64,000 nucleotides of DNA from Candidatus Krumholzibacteriota bacterium (GCA_963806035.1 CAWDWO010000024.1:1-64000); one strand, 5' to 3'. Positions 50,798-59,896 are shown, counted from the first letter of the stretch. Notes: generated by a model not told the origin, from the sequence alone. Numbers and translations are program-made.

Positions 50798-51376
50798 GCA
50801 CGCTGCGCATCTACTGTCTCGACTCCATCTCGGAGGACATGGGCGAAGCACTGCGCCGTTTCCTCACCTTCACCTTCGGTCTGGATACCGAGCTGAGCGC
50901 GCACCCCACCGACTTGAGCGAGCTCCTCGACCCTTCTCGCGCTCAGTACGAATCGACGGGAATTCTGCGTCTGCTATCGCGAGAGCACGTCGGATTTCGA
51001 GGCCACGTACTGGGTCATCACCGAGGCGGATCTGTACGTTCCCATGCTCAGCTTTCTCTTCGGGCACGCGCAACTCGGGGGAACGGTGGCCCTGGTCTCC
51101 TTGGCCAGGCTGCGACAGGAATTCTACGGACTGAGTCCCGATCCGCCGCTCTTGCTCGAGCGCTTGATGAAAGAGGCGGCGCACGAATTGGGGCACGCAT
51201 TCGGAATGAGGCACTGCGCGAACGCGCAGTGTTGCATGGCTCTGTCGACCGCCATCGAGCAGGTCGACGCCAAAGAAGCCGATTTCTGCGGCGGTTGCCG
51301 AAGCCTGTTGAGGGAGCTTCTGGCAAAGGATCGCTCCGATACCGTCGCGAGAGGAACTGAGGAGGTTCCATCATGA
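50794..51376 (+). CDS. Archaemetzincin-family Zn metalloprotease (peptidase M54), frameshift at ~51015
   Basis: RAQYES; after the shift [31 protein letters not shown]....CCM and FCGGC. Confidence 0.88.
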
Positions 51377-52760
51377 AGAACCCATGGTCGATCCTGGTCG
51401 TGGACGACGAACCGGTACAGAGTGAATCGATGGCGGTCTGGTTGCGCCAGGACGGATACGAAGTGGACCGGGCCTCTTCGGGCAAGGAAGCCATCCAGGC
51501 CGTGCGCGAGAAGGACTATGCCATCCTCTTCATCGACTTGAAGATGCCACCGGGCATCGACGGCATCGAGACGATGACCGAAGTACACAAGATCTCGCCC
51601 GACTCCTCGGTGATCATCATCACCGCCTACGCCACGGTGGATACGGCGATTTCCGCCATGAAGGAGGGCGCGGTCGAGTACATCGTGAAGCCCTGCAATC
51701 CGCAGGAAATCTCCATGCTGGTGCAACGGATCATCAGACTGAAGAATCTCGAGCGGGAAAACACGCTTCTTAGGGAGCGGCTGGAGAAGAGCCACCACTT
51801 CTGCGACATCATCAGCAAGAACTCCACGATGCTGCGCATCTGCGATCTCGTCCGGGACATCGCCGATTTGCCGAGCACGGTGCTGATCCAGGGTGAGAGC
51901 GGAACTGGCAAGGAGGTGGTGGCGCGGGCCATCCACGAGTCGGGCGCACGCGCCGGCAAGCCCTTCGTGGCGGTGTCCTGCGCCGCGCTGGCGGAGAGTC
52001 TACTCGAGTCCGAGCTCTTCGGTCACGAGAGAGGCGCTTTCACCGGCGCCAGCCAACGCCGCCAGGGCAAGTTCGAGCTCGCGCAGGACGGCACCCTCTT
52101 CCTGGACGAGATTGGCGACATCTCGCCCAAGCTCCAGGTCGACCTGTTGCGGGTGCTTCAGCAGCACAGCTTCTATCGCGTGGGCGGCTCGCAAGAAATC
52201 GCGGTTCACGCGCGCACCATCGCGGCCACCAACGTCAACCTGGAGAGCGCCATCGCGGAGGGGAAGTTCCGCGAGGATCTCTACTACCGTCTCAACGTGA
52301 TCAACATTCGCATTCCACCGCTCAGGGAGCGGCGCGAGGACATCCCGCTGCTTGGTCTCCCACTTCCTGCCGCGAATCGCGCTGGAGCTGGGCAAGGATG
52401 TGCACGAAGTCTCGCAGGAGGGAATGCGTCTGCTTCTCGCGCACGAGTGGCCGGGCAACGTGCGCGAACTGGAAAACGTCATCGAGAGGGCGATCGTCTC
52501 CTCCCAGGGACAGGTTCTCACCGCCTCGGATTTCGCGTTTTTGCGGGCGAGAGAGAACGGTTCCGTCGAGTGGTCGATTCCCAGCGACGTGAGCCTGCGC
52601 GAGATCGAGCAGAAGGCGATCGAGATCACCCTGCGCCGCACTCAGGGAAACATCAAGGAGACGGCGGCCCTGTTGGGGATCGATCGCTCGACGCTGTACG
52701 ATAAGATCTCGCGCTACGGGATCGAGCGACCGACCGCATCCAGCCGCGATGAGTCCTGCA
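51373..52760 (+). CDS. Sigma54-dependent response regulator (REC-AAA+-HTH, NtrC/AtoC family), frameshift at ~52351, 3' end uncertain
   Basis: [33 protein letters not shown] and [11 protein letters not shown]; after the shift [10 protein letters not shown] and [17 protein letters not shown]. Confidence 0.9.
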
Positions 52761-52778
52761 GAGACGAGAACTGCTCTC

Positions 52779-53607
52779 TCAGGCCTCCAAAAAATAGTCC
52801 TCCCAGATCGACTCCCAATCGAAGTCGGGGGCGACTGCGGGCAGATCGTTCACGATCTCGCCACCGTCTGCCAGGGCGGCCAGAGGGCCGCCCAAAGCGA
52901 CGCGACTTTGCAAGGACTCCACTTCGCGCTGCATCCAGGCTCGGGCCTCGCTCCCGCGCAGCAGGGCCGCCGCGGCCGCGGGCTTTGGCTCGGGATAAAC
53001 CCGCAGCCGCCACTCGGGGCCGTCCCCGAAGGACTCGAGCACCTCGCCACTCACGGGGGAGAGGATGCGGATCCAGTGTCCCCCGCAATGCACCCGGCCC
53101 AGCTCGTCGTTGGCGCGCAGACGCTTCCCGTGGGCCGGCAGCTCGAGGGCGTCGGTCTTGGCGAGGAGCCTCTTGGCGAATCCGTCCATGCCCAGAAGCA
53201 CCGATCCGTCCTCCTGTTCCTCGAGCCAGGTGTGCCCGCGGTGGAAGTAGCGATTTGACCGGCAGTTCGATGCCGTAGGCACTTGCCATCGACGGCCCAT
53301 CCACTGGCGCGATCTCAGCTCCAAGCGCGCGGTGGAACTCGCAGTGCTCGCATTCGAAGGCATTCTCACAGACCCTGGCCGCGCACTCTCCATTGAGGGC
53401 GTGACGGCACTGACGACGCTCCGCGGGCAAGCTCTGGAAATCGCCGCGCCAACGGATCTCGCTCTCCGCGCCCTGCAGACGATCGCGGCGCGCGCGCAGA
53501 CCCGCGATGAAGACGGTGGTGGCGATCGTCAGAAGCACCAGGAAGAAGCCGCCGAGGAACACCACGTGACCCAGGTCCCAGTGAAATTCGTAAATGCCGG
53601 GGAACAT
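52779..53607 (-). CDS. Membrane-anchored GcvH-like (H-protein fold) protein with a Cys-rich linker and no lipoyl Lys, frameshift at ~53255
   Basis: N-terminal TM; CRHALNGECAARVCENAFECEHCEFH; after the shift YFHRGHTW...LLGMDGFA..L and ILSPVSGEV; C-terminal LADGG. Confidence 0.8.
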
Positions 53608-53619
53608 CTCACACCTCCA

Positions 53620-54858
53620 TCAGCCACGAGCGAGCTCTCGCTCTTTGGGATACAGGGGCAGGTAACGATACGAGAGCGAAAAGAGAATCACGCCGTAGGC
53701 CACCACGGCCGCGAAGGCCGCGAGCTCTTGCCAGCTGGGCAGGTAGGTCCAGCTCGACTCGAAAGGTAGGGTCGGCAAGGCGAGGGTCTGAATGGTCATC
53801 GCGTAGCGATTGAGAGCAACGCCCAGACACGCGAGGACCGCAGCCCAGGTTTGCCAACGCGGGTTGGAGAGCGCGTTCTGCCGGGCGAGAATGAGGGCGG
53901 GCAGGAGTCCGCAAACGAAAAGTTCGAGCAAGAGAATCCAGGTTCCGAAAGCCTCGCTGCGGTAGAACCAGTAGCCGTGGAACCCGGCCTCGGGAACCGT
54001 CCGGTTGAGCCAGTACAGGGTGTCGATGCCCTTCAGAACCAGATAGACCAGCAGAATCCGTCCCGAGAGCCGCGCGAGCAGGGTGAGCGCGGCGGTGGGA
54101 ACCAGAGTGCGTCGCGTGATCTTCCGCGCCAGACGCGTCAGCACCAGAAGGAAGCTCGGACCAACCGCGACGGCGGAGAGAATGAAGAGGAAGAAGGTGG
54201 TCGGCCAGACGAGAAAGCCCTGGCGGAAGGCGAAGGGACGCCCCTGCATCACGCCGAAGAGCCCTCCCAGCGAACCCTGGTGGAAGAACGAGAGAAACGC
54301 GCCCACGATCGCGAATACGACCATGAGATGGTGCAGCTCGAACTCGAAGACCACCGCTTCACCCTTGCGATGCAGGCGCCGATTCTTCAGTACCAGCGGA
54401 ATGTACTCGACCGAAAGCACCATGAGATAGCAGCTGAGGCAGAAGGTGACTTCCGCCAACATCGAGTGCACGTTGGGGTGCCAGAAGGTGAACCACGCGC
54501 GTAGGGGCTGGCCGACGTCGACCAGCAGAATGCCGATCGCTCCGCTGTAACAGATGAAGCCCAACACCACCGCGCTGTTGATCACGGACCGGAATTCCCG
54601 GCGCTTGAAGACGTAGACCAAAAGCCCGGTGAAGAACGCGCCCGCCCCGAAAGCGATCACGGTGAGGTCGAGAAAAATCCACAGTCCGAAGGCGTATCGG
54701 TTGTCCATGTTGGTGTGGTGCAGACCCTGGACGAGGCACTGGCCAATCGCAAAGACACCCACTGCCAAAAGCAGCGCCCAGGGCAAGAGCCACAAGAGGA
54801 AGCGGCTTCGGTTCGCGTGACGTCCACGGATCGAGGGGGATTGCATGCGGTCAAACAT
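53620..54858 (-). CDS. qrcD: Menaquinone reductase integral membrane subunit (NrfD/PsrC family)
   Basis: TNMDNRYAFGLWIFLDL..IAFGAGAFF, DVGQPLRAWF..WHPNVHSML.EV.FC and SFFHQGSLGG match QrcD-type sequences as I recall them. Confidence 0.88.
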   Translation of the reverse strand: MFDRMQSPSIRGRHANRSRFLLWLLPWALLLAVGVFAIGQCLVQGLHHTNMDNRYAFGLWIFLDLTVIAFGAGAFFTGLLVYVFKRREFRSVINSAVVLGFICYSGAIGILLVDVGQPLRAWFTFWHPNVHSMLAEVTFCLSCYLMVLSVEYIPLVLKNRRLHRKGEAVVFEFELHHLMVVFAIVGAFLSFFHQGSLGGLFGVMQGRPFAFRQGFLVWPTTFFLFILSAVAVGPSFLLVLTRLARKITRRTLVPTAALTLLARLSGRILLVYLVLKGIDTLYWLNRTVPEAGFHGYWFYRSEAFGTWILLLELFVCGLLPALILARQNALSNPRWQTWAAVLACLGVALNRYAMTIQTLALPTLPFESSWTYLPSWQELAAFAAVVAYGVILFSLSYRYLPLYPKERELARG

Positions 54859-55621
54859 TGAGTGCGACCTCCCGATCGCTGGCATCGAGGACGCGATCGA
54901 TCTTGTGGACCCACTTCCGCGAGGACAGATAGAAGACCTTGGGCTCGGTTCCCAGCCCCTCCAGCAAGCGGAAGGCGCGCGGGCTTTTGACCAGTTTCGA
55001 GATCTCACTTTCGGGATCGTTCAAGTCGCCGAAGGTGATGGCGTTGACCGGACACGCCTCGCGGCACGCCGGCTGGTATTCGTGCTCTTTGAGTTCGTGT
55101 CGTCCCTCCGCGGCCGCGCGCGCGCGAGCTTCGTGCAAACGCCCGTGACAGAAGTTGCATTTCTCGACCACGCCGCGCATGCGCGGGGCAACGTCGGGAT
55201 TGAGACAGCGCTCAATCTCGGGCGGCCAGGCCGGCGTCCACCAGTTGAAATAGCGCGCGTGGTAGGGGCAGGCCGCCATGCAGTACCGGCAACCAAGGCA
55301 GCGCTCGGGCATCTGGAACACGATCCCGGTCTTGGCATCGATCTCGACCGCGTTTTGCGGACAGACCTGGGCGCAGGGAGCGTGATGCCCGCATTGCTGG
55401 CAGAGCAGTGGGATGAAGACCGTGTCGGGCTCGTCTTTCGACGGCCCCTCGACCCGGTACACGCGGATCCAAGTGATGCCCTTGCGGACGCCGGCCTCGG
55501 GCGGGCACACGCTGAGGTTGTTCTCGACCGCGCAGGCCATCATGCAGGCCCCGCAGCCGGTGCAACGGTCGAGGTCGATCGCCATCGCGTAACGATGGGT
55601 TGCTTCATTCGATTGCTTCAT
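54851..55621 (-). CDS. qrcC: Menaquinone reductase iron-sulfur subunit (NrfC/PsrB family)
   Basis: CTGCGACMMAC, CQQC...PCAQVCP, CLGCRYCMAACPYHARYFNW and RGVVEKCNFC...PACREACP motifs. Confidence 0.9.
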   Translation of the reverse strand: MKQSNEATHRYAMAIDLDRCTGCGACMMACAVENNLSVCPPEAGVRKGITWIRVYRVEGPSKDEPDTVFIPLLCQQCGHHAPCAQVCPQNAVEIDAKTGIVFQMPERCLGCRYCMAACPYHARYFNWWTPAWPPEIERCLNPDVAPRMRGVVEKCNFCHGRLHEARARAAAEGRHELKEHEYQPACREACPVNAITFGDLNDPESEISKLVKSPRAFRLLEGLGTEPKVFYLSSRKWVHKIDRVLDASDREVALNV

Positions 55622-57732
55622 GAGCTCACCTCGTCGCCAAAAACACCCGAAGCCAGACTTGTGGCGGCCACCAGACTCGAAGCTTCGACTCTTTCGCTCA
55701 GCTGAACCCGGGCGGTCTCAGTTCCCCAGGGTGCTTCGAATTGCACGCGTTGATCGCTGCGCAGTCCCAAGACGCGCGCGGTCTGCGGGTTCAGGTAAAT
55801 GGTGCCCGCGCGCGGCAGGAGCGTGGACTCGCGGCAGAGCTTGGCGAGAAGGGGAGGCACGGGCTCACCCGTGCTCCCGACTCCACTGCCGAGGGGCAGG
55901 ACGCAGAGCTGCTCGAAACGCGTGGGAACGAGAGCTCGCGTCCGCGCTCGCTCGAGAGATCGCCGCAGCGACTGCGCGGCATCCGCACCGATGAGCGCGG
56001 GACCCTTCATTGACTTCCAGCTCATTCCCTCGCCGTACCACTCTGCGCCGCGGAGCAGCGCTTCCCACTGCGCGGAGGACGAAGTCGCTCGGCTCGTCTT
56101 GCCGTCTTCGATCCATGGTTCGATCACGCTACCCCCATTCAGCTCGTAAAGAGCGTCGGACTGATCGCGTAGGAGCTTCTCGTAGCTGGGGTTCGGACCG
56201 AGCGCGGAGAGGAAGTTCGGATCGGGGGAGAGCCGCTGCAGCAACTGCACGGGGTCGAGGAATTCGGCCTTGGTATCAAAGACGGGACGCGCCAATGCGA
56301 AACGCGGCAAGGCCAGATCGCAGGCGGCCTCCACTTCGTCCCAGCCTTCCAGAGGCGCACTGGTGGGGAGGGCCAGGTCGCAGGCGCGCGCCAGTTTACC
56401 CACGTAGGGAGTCAAGACGACGATACGGCCCTGCGGCTCCATCTTGCGCCGGATCTGTGGCATGGGCAGGGCACTCGAAAGACGCGAGCCGTCGATCAAG
56501 AGCAGCTGGAGCGAGGCGTCCGGGATGCTCTCCAAACTCGTTGCCGCCACCGCCTCGTGAGAGCGCAGGCAGTGGGGAAGAGGCAGCGACGCTTTCGTCT
56601 TGAGGGTGCCCTGAGAGCGGGTCGCGCCGAGCAGGACGTTCAAGAGGAAGACCATTCGCGAGACACTCGCGTCGGCCGCAACCCCGCTGGACGGATCACC
56701 CTGCACCACCAGGGAGGGACCCTCGTGGGACAGTTGCCACGCGCTTCGCTCCAACTCCTCCTGGCTCACGCCGGTGGCGAGCGACACCGCATCCTGGGAA
56801 GTCTCGGAGATCAGCGAGAGCAGTTCGGTCTCACGCGCGAGGATTTCCCGCGAGGCGGGCGAAGAGTCGTACCAGCCACGGTCGAGAAGCACGCGGGCCA
56901 GGCCGAGGGCGAAGGCTGCTTCGCTGCCCGGCCGGATGCGATACCAGTGATCGGCCAGGCGCGCGCTGACGTTGGGAATGGGGGAGGCCTGGATGAGGCG
57001 GGCGCGCTCGGAAGCACCGTGAAGTTCGACGCCACGCAGGCGCGGCAGAACCCGGCCCGGGGTCCCCCAGCTCTCGAGAATGGGAGCGGAGAAACTCAGA
57101 AGCGTGCGACAATTCGAAAGTTCATAGGCGAGCTGCGTACCTTCAGGGAGCCCCGCGGCGCGCGGAAGCTCGCGCAGGAGCGATTCCTGCGAAGGAGGCA
57201 CCAGGTAGCGACCACCACCGAGACTTCCCAGGAACGCGCGGTAGCAAGAGGAGAGGGCGCGATTGGGATTGGGATCGAGTACGGCGACGCTCCGCGCGCC
57301 ACCGCGCGCCAGGGCATCCTTCAGCCACCGCTGCAGTTGCTTTTCCCACTGGGGTTCAGGCTGGTAACGTCCGCGCGCAGCGTCGAAGACCTGCGCTTCG
57401 TGCAGGCGATCCGGATGTCCGGCAAAGTGGTGCAGGACGAGCCCGTAGGGACAGGGTTTGCCCGCGCCCATGGGGTGCGTGGGAATCGCGCTCGGCGATA
57501 CCGGAACATTGCCCACGCAGCGCAAGTTCAGCGCGCAACCGGCGGGACACAGCGAACAATGGGTCGGAACGAAGCCGAGCTTACCGCGCCGGGGGTGCGC
57601 AATCCACCCCTCGTTCTGGGTACGGATCGCGAGGTCGTCGAGCAGTTTCCAGGGAACCGGAGTGAACAGAGTTCCCACTGCGACTCCACTCATCAGCTTC
57701 AAGACATCGCGTCGACTGACACGCGTACTCAT
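55618..57732 (-). CDS. qrcB: Menaquinone reductase molybdopterin-oxidoreductase-like subunit (Tat-exported, likely non-catalytic)
   Basis: SRRDVLK Tat motif; TPVPWKLLDD.AI.TQN; CSLCPAGC..CPYG; ILESWGTP; IRPGSE; lies between qrcA and qrcC. Confidence 0.85.
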   Translation of the reverse strand: MSTRVSRRDVLKLMSGVAVGTLFTPVPWKLLDDLAIRTQNEGWIAHPRRGKLGFVPTHCSLCPAGCALNLRCVGNVPVSPSAIPTHPMGAGKPCPYGLVLHHFAGHPDRLHEAQVFDAARGRYQPEPQWEKQLQRWLKDALARGGARSVAVLDPNPNRALSSCYRAFLGSLGGGRYLVPPSQESLLRELPRAAGLPEGTQLAYELSNCRTLLSFSAPILESWGTPGRVLPRLRGVELHGASERARLIQASPIPNVSARLADHWYRIRPGSEAAFALGLARVLLDRGWYDSSPASREILARETELLSLISETSQDAVSLATGVSQEELERSAWQLSHEGPSLVVQGDPSSGVAADASVSRMVFLLNVLLGATRSQGTLKTKASLPLPHCLRSHEAVAATSLESIPDASLQLLLIDGSRLSSALPMPQIRRKMEPQGRIVVLTPYVGKLARACDLALPTSAPLEGWDEVEAACDLALPRFALARPVFDTKAEFLDPVQLLQRLSPDPNFLSALGPNPSYEKLLRDQSDALYELNGGSVIEPWIEDGKTSRATSSSAQWEALLRGAEWYGEGMSWKSMKGPALIGADAAQSLRRSLERARTRALVPTRFEQLCVLPLGSGVGSTGEPVPPLLAKLCRESTLLPRAGTIYLNPQTARVLGLRSDQRVQFEAPWGTETARVQLSERVEASSLVAATSLASGVFGDEVSS

Positions 57733-57742
57733 GATTCCTCCC

Positions 57743-58336
57743 TCAGCGGTGACAATCCAAACAGCCCGTCGTCACCTTCGATTGCCTGTGGCAGGCGCAG
57801 CAATCGCCCATCTTCATGCGCGGTGAATCCGAGGCCGCGAAGCGGGAGACACTGGTGCCCCAGATGTCGCGGCTGTAGCCACTGAGTCGATTGCGCTCCA
57901 AAGGGCGCAGCGCTTCGCTCGCGCCGTGATCGCCGTGGCAACGAGCGCAATCGATTTCGGCCAGCACCACGTGGCTGGCGTGCGGGAAATACACGTTCTC
58001 GGGCTGGCGGGCGTAGATCTTCCAGACGATCTCACGGTCCGCGGTCACATAGTCTTCCACAAGCTGCCGCTCGAATTCGCTATCGGTGACCATTTCTTCG
58101 TGACAGTCGGCACAAACACGCGTGACGGGAATTCCCGCGAAGCGCCCTTCCTCATCGAAGCCGTGGCAATCCGAGCAGCTCAAGCCCACGGAGTCGGAGG
58201 TGTGGAGTGCGTGACTGAAGTGGAGTGGCTGATCGATCCTCTCATAGAGGAACGACGGAAAGACCAGCCACCCCAACAACAGCGCAACCGCAGCCCCCAC
58301 CGCGAAGAGAGGAATGCGTGGCAGCGAACGCATCAC
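57743..58336 (-). CDS. qrcA: Menaquinone reductase membrane-anchored pentaheme cytochrome c
   Basis: N-terminal TM; five CxxCH (CSDCH, CADCH, CARCH, CCACH, CLDCH); QPLHFSH; NRLSGYSRDIWG...MKM. Confidence 0.88.
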   Translation of the reverse strand: MMRSLPRIPLFAVGAAVALLLGWLVFPSFLYERIDQPLHFSHALHTSDSVGLSCSDCHGFDEEGRFAGIPVTRVCADCHEEMVTDSEFERQLVEDYVTADREIVWKIYARQPENVYFPHASHVVLAEIDCARCHGDHGASEALRPLERNRLSGYSRDIWGTSVSRFAASDSPRMKMGDCCACHRQSKVTTGCLDCHR

Positions 58337-59265
58337 TTTGCCTCCTGCGGAGAAAGCGTAAAGAATTCACGGATCAGCTCCAGGCCCTCGTCTCGTCCGA
58401 GATGCCGCACCAGGCCGGAGACGGGGAGACCCCCGTCGGTCGCCAGTTCGACACTGGAGCCTTTCGAAGCATGCACCGTGTCGCGGACGAAGCGATCGAG
58501 GCGATCCACTTCATGACGCATCCAGTCGCGGTTCTCCATGTCATCGATCGCGCCACGTTCGACCGGAGTCCGTGACTCGGCCTGTCTCACTCGTCCCTCG
58601 TAGAGCCAACCACCACCGTAAGGATCCTTGACGATCTCCTCGGGATGGGTGAGCAGGTGCACGTTGCTGCCCGTGATTTCAATTCTTTCAGGAAACACGA
58701 AGCGAAATTCGTGGCCGTGCACGCTGAGCACTGCGGTGGGTTGGGTGAGAGTACGCGGAGAAATCAGCTTCACCTCATCGATGGAGCCCAGTACGCAAGC
58801 CACGAAGGCATCGACTCCGATGTGACAAACGCCATACTCGGCCTCGTGCATCCACATGTGATTGGGCCAGTAGCTGATGTGCGCGGGCATGTGAACTTCG
58901 CCATTGGCATTGGGTGGTTCGACGCCCACGCGTTCCTTGGGATGTACCCGCTGCCGATAGACCGGACAGTAGAGATGCGCGTCGGTCTGACACCTCGACA
59001 GCAGACAGTCGTGATAGGGAACGAGTTTTCGCACGCCGGCCGTGTCGCAGTATTGCACCATTGCGCTGCGAAGCCGCGGACAGTGATCCTCATTCCCCAA
59101 ATCGTGCGGATAGGGATCGGCGTTCTGCAGCAGCGGGCACTCGCGGTATTGCGCGGTTGAGCAACGCTCGTACTGCTCGAAGCCGTCCGTATCGGCAAGC
59201 ATCTTGCGAATTGGAGAGAGTTCGCAGTAGCGAACTTTGGTTTGTTTGAGGAAGGGGCACTGCAT
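58333..59265 (-). CDS. Soluble GcvH-like protein with a duplicated 4-Cys N-terminal domain and no lipoyl Lys
   Basis: Two CP-x8-YC-x18/20-C-x7-CP units; Y.PNHMW...CHIGVDAF...LG.I; N..L..HPE.I.KDPYGGGWL; C-terminal ATDGG. Confidence 0.8.
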   Translation of the reverse strand: MQCPFLKQTKVRYCELSPIRKMLADTDGFEQYERCSTAQYRECPLLQNADPYPHDLGNEDHCPRLRSAMVQYCDTAGVRKLVPYHDCLLSRCQTDAHLYCPVYRQRVHPKERVGVEPPNANGEVHMPAHISYWPNHMWMHEAEYGVCHIGVDAFVACVLGSIDEVKLISPRTLTQPTAVLSVHGHEFRFVFPERIEITGSNVHLLTHPEEIVKDPYGGGWLYEGRVRQAESRTPVERGAIDDMENRDWMRHEVDRLDRFVRDTVHASKGSSVELATDGGLPVSGLVRHLGRDEGLELIREFFTLSPQEAK

Positions 59266-59275
59266 GATCCAGCCC

Positions 59276-59542
59276 TCACTCTTTCGAGTCGGAACTCGGC
59301 TTCTTCTTTTTCTGTTCGTCACAGGGCGTTCCACCGTCGGCCATGGTCATGCCGAGGTCGGGGGTGGAAAGGGAGTGCGGACTTCCCGCCAGCCGGCGCT
59401 GACGGCGTTCGCGCAGGTACGAGGGCAGCTCCCAAGCCATCTGGTAGACGACGTACAGCAACGGCACGACCACGAGCAGGCCCAGGAACGCGTTGGTGAT
59501 GTCCAGCCAAAAGGCGGCGGGATCACTTCGATCGAACAACAT
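59276..59542 (-). CDS. Small single-TM protein (88 aa) with an LGMTMADGG motif; first gene of the qrc operon
   Basis: GGGAGG RBS before ATG 59542; one hydrophobic helix; ends 10 bp before the next start. Confidence 0.7.
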   Translation of the reverse strand: MLFDRSDPAAFWLDITNAFLGLLVVVPLLYVVYQMAWELPSYLRERRQRRLAGSPHSLSTPDLGMTMADGGTPCDEQKKKKPSSDSKE

Positions 59543-59603
59543 GACTAGCCTCCCAGCAAAAGCTTGATGGAGGCCGGGAATTCGCGCCTCCGCCTGCGCA
59601 TTG

Positions 59604-59619
59604 CGCACAGCGCGTACCG
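59604..59619 (-). promoter_or_regulatory. Candidate sigma54 (-24/-12) promoter of the qrc operon
   Basis: Minus strand CGGTACGCGCTGTGCG, i.e. GG-N10-GC, about 60 bp upstream of ATG 59542; a sigma54 activator is encoded in the locus. Confidence 0.45.
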
Positions 59620-59867
59620 CAGGCCTGAAAAGCTGCTACGCAAACGGAAACGCAATGAATTCCGTAAGTTGCGGAAGCGACAAATTGTCCGGCTGGGTTT
59701 TGTGGTGGGTTTGTGTGTGGGGGATCCCGGCACGGGATTCGGAGAATCCTACACGGAGGATTTTGTGCGGAGATAAAGTCCCCGCGATGTGCAGCGAACT
59801 CATCAACTCGAACGCGTCGAGTGAGTATTCTTGCAAACGTCCGTTCTCGAGTATTTCCCCGCAAAAC

Positions 59868-59896
59868 TTGACATCACGAGTTGAATATCTGCTAAT
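59868..59896 (+). promoter_or_regulatory. Possible sigma70 promoter
   Basis: Perfect TTGACA, 17-nt spacer, GCTAAT (4/6 match to -10). Confidence 0.3.

Noticed and set aside
53620..58336. Alternative complex III or a catalytic polysulfide reductase
   Set aside because: Separate B and Fe-S subunits, no ActD/E/F, and QrcA/QrcD-type motifs fit Qrc better
52779..59265. True glycine cleavage system H proteins (gcvH)
   Set aside because: No lipoyl-Lys motif, extra domains present, and no gcvP/gcvT in the window
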